Source: Klebsormidium nitens
Taxonomy: Eukaryota > Plantae > Klebsormidiophyceae
Length of the DNA stretch: 64,000 bases
Reading direction: 5' to 3'
Assembly: GCA_000708835.1 (NCBI GenBank)
Contig: DF237086.1
Coordinates: 1-64,000, forward strand
In this document: one piece after another, positions 12,836 to 23,325 of the stretch
Layout of the letters: every line of letters starts with the position of its first letter
Position numbering within the stretch: position 1 is the stretch's first letter
Program-made: the position numbers and the translations under genes
Notes under the pieces: generated by a model
Databases searched by the model: none
Seen by the model: the letters and a program-made list of their open reading frames with translations, nothing else
Told to the model about the DNA's origin: nothing

Positions 12836-13530
12836 GCTGATTCAATTGCAGATGCCGGAGCGTGCTGTGCCCCTTGCAGGATCAAGCCAGAAGACGTCAC
12901 AACAGCTGGCGCGCTGCAGCGTGCAAAACCAAACACTGGAGCGGGAGCCAGGGAAGAGGCTAAAAGGAACCAAGGAGAAGGCAAGGAAGAAAAAATGGAG
13001 CTGGGGCGCTTTGCAAATTCCAACTTCAACTTCAAGGAACTTTTCGAGAGATCTCATGACAATGTTGAGATCTCTGTGCACAGGCTCAGCTCGGATCCAG
13101 TTCGAGTCTGAGTCAGTTTCAGAAATGGCCACGTCGCCCTTGAGGTTGAGACGGTTTCAAAGCCGTTACCGGCCGTAAGTATATATTCTGCCGGTCATAA
13201 GCACGGCAGGGTATAAGAGCAGAGTGATATTATTAGAAGCTGTGAACGGTGGGCTGAGAGGAGGGTAAGGAACCGGCGCCCGGTAATGGTTGAACATTTG
13301 CTGAAGACTGGCTGCATGGCCATGGTTGGATCTGCAAAGAAGTCATACAATGACGTGTAACAGTATCAGTACCTAGTTAAACCCACAGAATGCTCTAGCT
13401 GTTCAAAATTGTGCATTCTTCAAAGCTGAAGACAGGCCTTGATTCCGCGGTCCAGCCGCCAGTTTTCCTCTTGAACGCCGCATTGCCAATTCCAGGGTTT
13501 CGAGAGACTGCCAGGACCGCGCCAGGTGCA
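12836..13530. promoter_or_regulatory. Putative bidirectional promoter and 5' UTRs of D27-like and CYP97C
   Basis: Only about 695 bp separate the two divergent ATGs. A CACGTC/ACGT core lies near 13130 and TATA-like words near 13160-13215. Confidence 0.5.
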
Positions 13531-16500
13531 ATGCAGTCAAGCGCCGCGCGCTGCGCTGCAGCCCCCGGTCCCCTCAGCTTCTCCTCTGTCACAACAGACA
13601 GGACGTCCGTCCACTCAAAGCAAACTTTGTCCCGTTCTACCCCCAGTCTTCTTCGCCGCTCCCCATCTTTTAAAACAGCACATCCCTCGTCCTCAAATTG
13701 CCCAGCCAAGACCTTTTCGCACCGCCGCGGTCCGGTTCAGTGCAATGCTGCGAAAGGGGACGACTCAGAATCAGAGGCACCGCTGAAAGAAGCGGCGGGT
13801 AAAGCAATCGATGCCGCGGGTGCGGGACTTTCATGGGTCAGCCCGGAGTGGTTGACGAAGCTGGTGTCCACATTCCAGGGGCCAGATGACTCAGGGGTGC
13901 CGGTCGCGAATGCGCAGCTGAACGATGTTCAGGAGCTGCTCGGGGGGGCGCTGTTTCTGCCACTATTCAGGTGCGCCGCAATGCAAGCAGAGATTGTCTG
14001 GCATACCATGAAAGCTGGCTCGAACCCTGTAAAGTAGACTGAGATATTGCAAATGGGCTTCTACATGCTTCTTTCAAATGGTGCGAACGCAGCCAGCTCG
14101 TACTTTCTCTAGATGAAAAAGTCTCGCTGCAAAGGTGGACGTAAAACTCATGCGCTACTCATTCAAATGGAGATGCATCAAATGTATCCGGCTCACTTTC
14201 TGGCTTCTAATATGGTGACGCTCACAGTGGGGCAAGCCGCAAAGATAAGTCGCCAGCTGCTTTATTATACAAGTCCATAGCGGAATTGGGAGTATTCTTT
14301 CTGTGCACTTAGGCCACTTGTTGCTTAGGGAACCACGTTTCCACCTGTATTTCCATTTTAAGGAAGAGCCCTTACGTTTACTCTCAGATGAGAGGGGGCA
14401 GAAGTCGCTTATTCATTCAGACGTGATAACCAATCAATGTATGTCTGCCTCCACCCATTACACATGTAAGCAGATGATGAGCCGGAGTACTGCAAATCAA
14501 TTACCTACTGAGGTCTTCAAAATGGTTCTTGTTACGCAGCCTTAGCATGCCCGATTTCCTTATATTACAATTCTTGCCGTATTTTATTACATAAAAAGAT
14601 CCAGTGAGGGCCTGATGCTGTTTCGTTTCCAAGTCCTAATTACCTGAAGATTTTCAGTACTGACTCCAATGTTCCCTTGAGTGCTCGACTGGACGGCGCT
14701 TTTAATATAGAAGCCGGAGTAACTTTGTTCTATGTCCCCCCAAAGGATTTCCTTTCTTTTAAACAAGAAGGCCCTGTTTTGACTGTCGCCGCACATTTTC
14801 CAGGTGGATGCTGGAGACGGGCCCGGTGTACCGGCTGGCCGCAGGGCCCCGTAACTTTGTGATCATTGGCGAGCCCCAGGCGGCCAAGCACGTGTTGCGA
14901 AACTACGGAACCAAGTATCATAAGGGGCTCGTGGCTGAGGTGTCGGAGTTTCTCTTTGGGTCCGGCTTTGCGATCGCTGAGGCAGAGCTATGGCAGGCAA
15001 GACACGGGCTCCTTTTGTCTTCAATTTTATTTAAGTCTTCTTTGCACTGCCTTGCTTAGTTGGTCGAGAATGATAAGTCGAAGGAGAATCAGTGGGGTAA
15101 AGGAAGAAAAACATGCACTTGCAATGCAATTGATTAGAGGAAAACATTCCCCTTTTCCTTTCCGAAGGAGGCAAGCATTTTGTATCCAAAGGAGAGGCAC
15201 AGGAACCATAGATCAAGGAAGAGAAATCATTGACGAGCGAGGTTACCCAATCAACTTGGCCTTGGTTCCAGAACTCATCACCTTGTACACACAGATTCTC
15301 GGCTGTTTTGCATATATCGAGTTTTGCATTTCAAATACTTACTTGTTGTCCCTAACCACAATGGGCTCAATGTAGATCAAACCTTTCGAAAGCCTGGAGT
15401 CTCAACTGCTTGTTCGCGCAGATCTGATAGGAATCCCGTCGCCTTTGGGTGCCGTCAGCCTTGACTGTCAGTCCCCAGAGTGCAACTCAATTGTTCGTCA
15501 CGCCTGAAAACCTGCAGACTCGGCGGAAAGCTGTTGCCCCGTCGCTCCACCGAAAGTACCTCTCCACTATGGTCGACACCGTTTTCGCTGCATGCTCCGA
15601 CCAACTTATCGCCAAGCTCGAACGCGTCGCGGCGTCGGGCAAGCCGATCAACATGGAGGCGGCATTTTCGCAGCTGACTCTAGACGTCATCGGCAAGTCG
15701 GTGTTCAACTACGACTTCGACTCGCTGACGTCAGACAGCCCGGTGATCCAGGCGGTGTACACTGCGCTTAAGGAGACGGAGTCGAGGTCGACCGACATTC
15801 TGCCGTATTGGCAGGTGGGGCGTCGTGCTGCAACTTGTTCACTTCAAGATCAACTGTAATTTTCGGGGCCCTTAACCTCGCACCCAAGATGTTGTTTTCG
15901 AGGGAGCGTTCGATGCGACCACAAAGGCAGAGTACGGTATACCGTCAGGTTCCGTAAATTCTGGATTGCAGAGTGGCCGCGCAGCACCTTGGGTGTGAGT
16001 TTAAGGTGCCCCGAGATTGTCCATCCTCGTGATGGGACTCTGATCTCAGTCATACTAAGGTACACGGTGCAACGTTCCGCTTTCAGCGCGGCGGGCATCT
16101 CCTTCCTTTTGGACTTTTAAGGGAGCGTTACTTTGCAGACGTTACGTAGCATTCTGGGGTGACGACGTTTTAAGATACCAGGGAAGACGTTTAAGATACC
16201 AGGAGCAGTCGAAAACTCAACGGCCATTGGATGGGCAGACCTTTCTTCTTGGCTTCGCAATAAGAATCAAACGTCCGTGCGTCTGATTCGTGTTCCCTTC
16301 TCAGCTTCGGGCAACGAAAGGGCCATTTTTTTGAGTACGCACTTTCTCCAGCAATGAACCGCAGAACCGCCACAACGGTTATATCCAAGCTTCGAACCCT
16401 GTCCGCAACTCCTGTGCAGAACGGACCCTCGGCAACGAAAAGGCGTAAATGGCTCGGAGTTGTTTCCTAACTCCTACAGCAACATACTCCTACAGAATCG

Positions 16501-19500
16501 AGACTTCCGAAATTGGAAACTTGAGAACGCTGACAGAAGAGTGTCTTCCCGCGCAGGTTCCGTTACTGTGCAAGCTGATTCCGCGGCAACAGAAAGCGGC
16601 CGCTGCCGTGAAGTTGATCCAGGAGACGGTGGAGCGACTGGTGGCGCAGTGCAAGGAGATCGTAGAAGCAGAGAACGAGCGGTTGACTGAAGAAGAATAC
16701 ATCAACGAGTCCGATCCTAGCGTGTTGCGATTCTTGCTGGCCAGCAGAGAAGAGGTGAGGGATTTTTTCGACTTTCCTGGTTCGCTCACAGTCTGCTGTT
16801 TGAGTCGGGGTTTAGTTTGCTTTGATATCGTTTTTGACGAGAGGGATTTGATCACCGGAAATGATTGGTTCACCTAAGGAGGGTTCGTTATCAGAACGCG
16901 CGCGGCGCTTCCTGCTGCTGGGAGTACGAACTGCGGGAGCTTTTGAAGTCGCACCTTTCTAGAGTCTTTCACTTGAAAGCGTTAAGGATCTCGCTTCTTA
17001 GGTTTCAAAGAGTAAAGGCCAGAAGAACGAGCATTGCAGAGTGCCGGAAGCGCGACCCCCGTTGCTGGATCGCGGTCATTGTATGGAGGACACAGGGTCC
17101 GACGGAAGGCACTTTGGTGGGGCTTTCGCTAGTACATCAGAACGGGAACAATAGCGTCTCACTTCTGCAATGCGTTGCTCGGGTGCGCCGGTAATACTGC
17201 GTCGGTCTGAGCACTTCGAGGGGCCAGCTTTGCCACAACTTCGGCCCTGGGGCTTGCATTTTGGTTGCGAAGAAAGGGTAACTTTGCGGAAGGTCTGTCT
17301 TTCTGAATCTGGGATGCATAGAGACATTGAAGCAGGAGACCCACCGCTGAGAGCCAGGTTTTTGACGACGGTGTCGTGATCATTGTTCGCTTCGGTTTCC
17401 GGTCCAGGTCTCGAGCACCCAGTTGCGGGACGACCTCTTGTCGATGCTGGTCGCGGGGCACGAGACGACGGGGTCGGTGCTGACGTGGACTGTCTACCTC
17501 CTAGCGCAGGTCAGTGCGCGTCGTTTTTCCAGCTTTCCTTTCCTCTTTCTGTTCCCTTCCTTTCGTTTTTCACCGCACTACCATTTACGTGATATGAATA
17601 CCACTATAAAGTATGATTGCGCGAAACGCTGCGGCCGGTGGAAAGCGTTACAGTGGCATCCATGAAGCACCGACTTGCTTTGTTATATGAGCAGCGTTAA
17701 AAGCGTGCTTAACGATAATTATCGCGATAATTAACGATAATTGGGGCCTCTAGGTCCGCAAGAACAACCAGGGTTGCCCCTCTCGTAGAAACTCCAGTGA
17801 TGCGGGTCCCACACAGAAACTGAGAGGTCAGAAAGCGCCGTACCATTCTAGTGCTGCCCACGCATAAAGGGCCTTACCGGCGAAAGTAAGAGGTCTTTGT
17901 TTGACCTGTTCGAAACTATCGTTCTCGCGTGGCAGTCTCTCTGAACTGCTCAGCCTTGGTTCAAGCTCCATTAATGGGCGAACGGATCACGAACAGCCAA
18001 GTAACGCCCGTTTTGCTTTCTCATTCCATCAGTTATTCTGTGGAGTTTTCGGGCGGCTTGCAACACGATAAGCTCCGCTAGTATTGTATTTCCTTGCAAT
18101 CCGGTTAGGTACATTAACGCCCTGCCAACGGTGGTTCCGGAGAGCACGTCAGAGCTCTTGGGAAAAGCGATTGCCGAGCGCGTATCTTGGCACTTCAAGG
18201 ATCCCAAAAAGCGATTGAGGCGTTCGAACGTCGACGCCATAGCTGTGTCCGGTAATTGTATTTTTCCTTGTCCGCAGATTGTCCAATTGGCACAGTTTTG
18301 AGGGTCAGGGCACTTGGAGGAGCAAGTACCGCGGAAAAGCTGATTGCCCGACGTCTCGAAAATTGACAGAGGTCTGATTGTCCGGGCCAGCATTCGTGTC
18401 CGAATATGGTACCCTTTTTCCCGTCCGCAGAGGCCGTCCGCGCGGGAGAAGGTTTTTACGGGTCGGACACGTGGAGAGAGCCATCACCGTGAGGCGAGCA
18501 AGCTATGCGCTACCAAGTTTTCAAAGACAGGGCGTCCGAATCATCAGAGCTAACATACGTGTCCGAAACATCGTTATTCTCCCTGTCCGCAGAGCCCGTC
18601 CGCGCGGGAGAAGGTGTTTGAGGAGCTGGCGCGCGTGCTGCCGGACGGACGGTCGCCCTCGTTTGCTGACACGCGCGAGCTCAAGTACATCATGCGCTGC
18701 ATCAATGAGTCCATGCGCCTCTACCCGCACCCCCCCGTGAGACGCACAGCCCGCAAAGGCCCTTACTGATTCTGCGTCTCGAGCCTACTAATGGAGCCCG
18801 CCCTTCCGTTCTTTCATTCTTCCGTTGACCCCTCGTGGCTTTCTCGTAAACAGAGTCGCTGTAAAGCAGCGACGAGTTGGACTTCTTCGGTGACGAAAGA
18901 AAGCAAGGACCTCCATGCAAATCTTGCCCGACACTGGTCATAAAAAAATTGCGTCGCACACTTTCCGCTAACGCCCATCTTCCCTTGCGCTCTCCAACGA
19001 TCTTTAAGGAGGCCACCTCCAACGCTCTGCAAACTTCGGTAGGATCTTCTGCGGGGTGCTCCTCACCGTTGCAGTGGCTACGTAAGACCAATGCTCGGCA
19101 GTTTCAGAGGCTTCGCGAAGCTTAGCCGACCTTCCCTTTGAAAGCCAGTAGCGATCGGATGCAACTCTTCTTCAGGTGATTGGTCTCTAGATTAGGTATG
19201 CTAAGCCCAACTATAATACTGGGACGGGTGGGTTTAGTGTGGGGCTTTAGGGTGGGCACGGGTGCTGAGCAGAAAAATGCTTGGATTTAGGTTTCTAGAG
19301 TAATCCTCACAATTCTGATATCTTGAGCTCAATTCAAGCATTCAAGAATATTGTCTTCAGGTGCTCATCCGGCGCGCCATTGTGGACGACGAGATCCCCG
19401 GGGGATACAAGGTGAAGACGGGGCAGGACGTCATGATCTCCGTCTACAACATCCACCACTCGCCACAGGTGCGCCCGCTCCTCACTGCAATCCTACTTGG

Positions 19501-20911
19501 GGGTTACCCCGACCTTTTTGAGACCGCCCAGTATCTTAACAAAGAGTTCGCAAAGGTCTCTTGTCGCATTGTTTGCAACGTGTACCAATCCCCGCAGAAT
19601 CTCGCCGCGCCGCTTGCGCGCATGCTGCATGTTCTGACCGCTCGCTTTTGCCAGGGATGAATGCGGTTTGCCCACCGCTTCGTACTGTTGTCAGCCAGAC
19701 TTTCGGGGTTTTCCAGAGACTGTGATTGTAGGTCTATTTGCTGACTATTTTTCAAGGTCCTTGAATGCGTACGTACAAGTGTGAAAGTGAGTTGGAAAGC
19801 TCGTTCAGGAGTAGCATCTCTTCTGCCTGATGATGGTGCCGCAATACAATGCCCATCCTCTGGTATGGCCGCATGCAATCACCGCTCTGGTCCTCCTACA
19901 AAGGCGTCAAACATGCCTGTGGACAACCGGGAGCGAAATCAATTTGGCTGGCGCACAGGACTTCATCTGACCTTTGGGGTCTTCGAAACATATTTCGCTT
20001 CTCCTAACTAGGTATGGGACAAGGCAGAGGAGTTCTTTCCCGAGCGCTTCGACCTCGAGGGCCAGGTGCCAAACGAGGCGAACACCGACTTTAGGTGAGC
20101 GCGCTTTGGCTCTCGCACTGCTAGTTGTCCTACTGAAATAGGACAACAGAGATCCAACAGTCAGAAATGACCACATCATTGTCAAGATGATGTCATGCTC
20201 TTGCCGCGCGTGACGCGCAGCCGATCCGTCCCCGGCCGCCCGCACCTTCCCAGATGACGTCATGCTGACGTCACGCCCCCCGGCCGCAGGTACATCCCCT
20301 TCTCGGGCGGCCCGCGGAAGTGCGTGGGCGACCAGTTCGCGCTGCTGGAGTCGGTGGTGGCGCTCGCGAAGCTGTTCCAGCGGTTCGACTTCGAGCTGGT
20401 GCCGGGGCAGGACATCGGCATGACCACGGGGGCGACCATTCACACCAAGAACGTGAGTATTGCAAACTTGCAGTTTAGTCTGGATACACTAAAGCCCCGC
20501 TTCCATTTCCTGAAATTACGCCCCACTTCTGGTCGGAGTTGAAGCACTTCGTGATCGCGACGAAGGCCGAGCATCAGCTACTGAAGGAAAGAGACGGCAG
20601 CCGTGTCCTAGTCCCCTTTTCCTTTAAAACCGTCAAACAGAACGCAACTGGAATAACACGGCCGTTGTTTCTTTCAACCAACAAACGATAGAGGCGTTCA
20701 TACATAGTGCTCGGCGGGGTTTTGAGTTCGCGACCGTTTGGATGACGATAGAATGTCGCTTGCATTTGTTATGAGCTCCGGTGCCCATGTGACTCGACAA
20801 GTTTTTCCTTTAAAGCGGTGTTAATAAGTGTACTTGTTGCATTTGCAGGGCCTCTACATGACCGTCAAGGATCGGCAAAAAGCGTTGTCGAAAGAGCCCG
20901 TGCTAGTGTAG
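13531..20911 (+). CDS. CYP97C1: Cytochrome P450 CYP97C (LUT1, carotene epsilon-ring hydroxylase)
   Basis: Exons 13531-13970, 14804-14996, 15518-15814, 16557-16754, 17408-17509, 18593-18736, 19361-19468, 20012-20094, 20290-20452, 20849-20911. Transit-peptide-like N-terminus, then SWVSPEWLT...DDSGVPVA...[11 protein letters not shown] (CYP97C-type), I-helix AGHETT, ExxR (ESMR), PERF and heme motif [10 protein letters not shown]. Confidence 0.95.
14997..15517 (+). other. Non-canonical GC-AG intron (CYP97C intron 2)
   Basis: CAG|GCAAGA donor and CCTGCAG acceptor give AELWQ|[11 protein letters not shown], colinear with the LUT1 stretch GPLWTARRRAVVPSLH. No GT lies at the junction. Confidence 0.8.
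16163..16203 (+). repeat. Short tandem duplication in CYP97C intron 3
   Basis: GACGTTTTAAGATACCAGG / GACGTTTAAGATACCAGG. Confidence 0.7.
17709..17742. repeat. 18-bp perfect palindrome within ACGATAATT repeats (CYP97C intron 5)
   Basis: TAATTATCGCGATAATTA at 17716-17733, flanked by AACGATAATT copies. Confidence 0.8.
18244..18456 (+). repeat. Two intronic echoes of the CYP97C exon 6 acceptor
   Basis: GTGTCCG..pyrimidines..GTCCGCAG ends at 18277, 18430 and 18592 (real). The 18430 copy also carries AGGCCGTCCGCGCGGGAGAAGGT versus exon AGCCCGTCCGCGCGGGAGAAGGT. Confidence 0.85.
19217..19300 (+). mobile_element. G-rich interspersed repeat, copy 2 (CYP97C intron 6)
   Basis: CTGGGACGGGTGGGTTTAG..TTTAGGGTGGGCACGGGTGCTGAGCA. 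Confidence 0.6.
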
Positions 20912-21793
20912 AACGTTCAAGCCCTGAATGGACCCTCACCGGATTTCAGAAACTCGAGGAGGCACGGTATCCTTTGCTGATGTGGCGGTGAAAAGACCGA
21001 CGTCCACATCCTTCAAAACGAACTTTAGGAACACAACACACACCTTGGCAAGGGTTCACCATTCAAGCGACAGCGTCAGTGATGGCTACCTTATTGATTG
21101 TTTGATGGAGTCATCATCGGTTGAGAAAAGCTGAGCCAATTGGTGGTGCCCGGCCTAGTGCCAGATCTTCAGATCTATGTAAAGGCCTGGTCAGCGAGGC
21201 GGGCCCAACTTGTGACCTCATTAATCTGACATATATATGTCTGTACACCCAATTCAAGACGGCCTGAGTCATGAAACCGCTTCATTAAAAACCCATGACC
21301 GTCATATATATTTGACCTGAAAGACGTTCATGCCATTGACCTACGTGGAAAATCACCCATAGCACAGCCTCAATCACGAATGTATTGCATCATCGGACCA
21401 CACATGTGGGGGGCATGCTCGCGCGTGCACTTACTCCTTCGACTACTGTCGTGCATACATTTCAAGGAGCCTTCAGTTTGAAAATTGTATATGTTTTGAG
21501 TGTCGCCTATAGGGCCGGTCGCAACGAGGCCGGTGAGCCAGGCTCATGGTGCGCTTGCAATCGCAACTTAGTCTTTCAGTGCCAGGGGGGCATGAGAATG
21601 GTCCGGCAATAGCGCGGTAACGATGTACTGCATGCAGCGTACCGGTATCATTGGCACTCCCGGTAAAGTATGGCCCATTGCCTATGCGAAGTCACAGTTG
21701 GCCGGGGCCCGCAGAGTTGGGTGAAAATGCCGCCAAGGTACCTACGTCGTGCAGGCCAACTAGCTCAGCTATACCTATGCGGCGGAACCATAC

Positions 21794-22404
21794 ACGTCCG
21801 GCCCAGGGGTGCGGACAGGATTTTGCCCCGGGGCGCTTCTGCGCCCCGGGCCATCGCCCTGGGGCGCAGGCCAGCTTCCCTGGGGCGCACATGGTAGTAC
21901 CGGGCCTTCAATAGTGCCCGGTACAACTAGCACGTGCTATATATTGCGGAAGCTGTGGGAGGGCCCTGAAGTTTGAACCCTGGCCCTCCTTATACTCCTC
22001 CTGAAGCAGCTATGGTACCTCGTGATTTAAAATGCTACTAAGTCCAGTCTGGATATGAGAGTAATAAATGCAAATATGCATCAGGAACTCAGAGATTTTA
22101 CATTCAGCTGAGAAGGGAGGTCAGAACAAGGACGATTAAATCTAAAATGCTGGTATTGTAGGCACGTATTATAGATGTCCAATCATCCAGCCAGCGCTTA
22201 TGGAAGTGAACCTCGCTCAGATGCTTGAACTTGTTCGACTTTTTTAACAGATATAAGCACCAAATACAGTCAATGTCCCTGCTCAGGCCCAGATTTGCCC
22301 GGGGGCGCTTCTGCGCCCCGGCCCTCCGCCCGAGGGCGCAGGATTTTTCCCGGGGGCGCTCTGCGCCCCATTCTGCGCCCCGCCCGCACCCCTGGTCCGG
22401 CCGT
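21794..22404. mobile_element. Non-autonomous DNA transposon (MITE-like) with terminal inverted repeats
   Basis: Left ACGTCCGGCCCAGGGGTGCGG (21794-21814) versus reverse complement of right CCGCACCCCTGGTCCGGCCGT (22384-22404), 19/21 match. Three internal copies of a GGGGCGC-TTCT-GCGCCCC hairpin motif (about 21830, 22300, 22352). No ORF; target-site duplication not resolved. Confidence 0.65.
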
Positions 22405-23325
22405 ACTACGTACATGTGACCGCGTCGACCTGCGCCGCGCGACGGTGACCTAGCGCGGCCGGCATTCGCGGTTGCAGTTTCAAAACCCTGAACCTCTGGA
22501 CAACCACATCCGGTTGAAGATTCTTCATGCAAGGAATTAATGCCCATCATGGCTATGTCTGCCACTTGGCGTCGTCTAAGAGCTTGACAAACACTTTTTG
22601 ACCAAGTTAATCTTTCCGGTACCGACGGGTTTGGAGATTTGAGTGGTTCACCGGTCACTGCGGGCCCGCACAAGGCGGCCTTTGCAAGGGGTTCTCGCTG
22701 CTCGGTTTGAAAGTGAGGTTATGAAGACCGGCGATAACCCTTCGTATCTTAAAAGTTGTCGTATTGTAGGCGCTTGGTGGTTACGGCACCGTTTGCGCGG
22801 GTCCCTTCCACCGACGGTTACCATTTTCTGCAGGAAGATCTGTGCAAGGATAGGTACTCACCAGGTGCGAACCATGGCTTCCACAGGTTTCAGGAGAAGA
22901 AGAAGCTGATCTGAATGGACCAAAAGGCGCAAAGCAGGTGCAGGAATGGGCAGGATAACGTTGATTGTAGGGGCGGTTGGCAGGGCGGACCGACGGGTCG
23001 AAGACCTGAAGGGCATAAGGATCGCAAGCTCTCTGCTGCAGTGGTCAGTTCTGTGAAGATCCGGAATTACTTAGGAGGACGATAGAGGTTTGCTTCGAGT
23101 GCTGGGGTCAGTCGAGGTGTTCAAGATCTGGCAGCGGATGAGCTAAAGCTTGTGTGTTGAAGTAGCAGCTCTTAGATCTCCCATCCTTGGACAGCGTTGT
23201 TTTAAATTGAACCTGGACATCAGTCTTGAAACATAGCCTGGACAGGATAGTCTACTAGTTCATAGGATCAACATAAAGATTAGCAGGACAGTGACACAAA
23301 CTTTCGGCAGAAGAGTGTATCGAAG

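Noticed and set aside
13411-13530. ORF-track start of the P450 at 13411
   Set aside because: It is a GTG. The first in-frame ATG is 13531 and gives a sensible transit peptide.
19907-20465. Long antisense ORFs over GC-rich exons (also 33062-33727, 35353-35685, 26713-27084)
   Set aside because: Explained by high third-position GC in the sense exons, which suppresses antisense stops.
13531-20911. Assignment as CYP97A (LUT5) or MAX1/CYP711A, which would make a strigolactone cluster with D27
   Set aside because: [20 protein letters not shown] and [13 protein letters not shown] with this colinearity match CYP97C; no CCD7/CCD8 in the window.
22104-22673. 189-aa minus-strand ORF
   Set aside because: It runs through the GC-rich TIR element and MYB upstream region; low-complexity Arg/Gly/Ala text.
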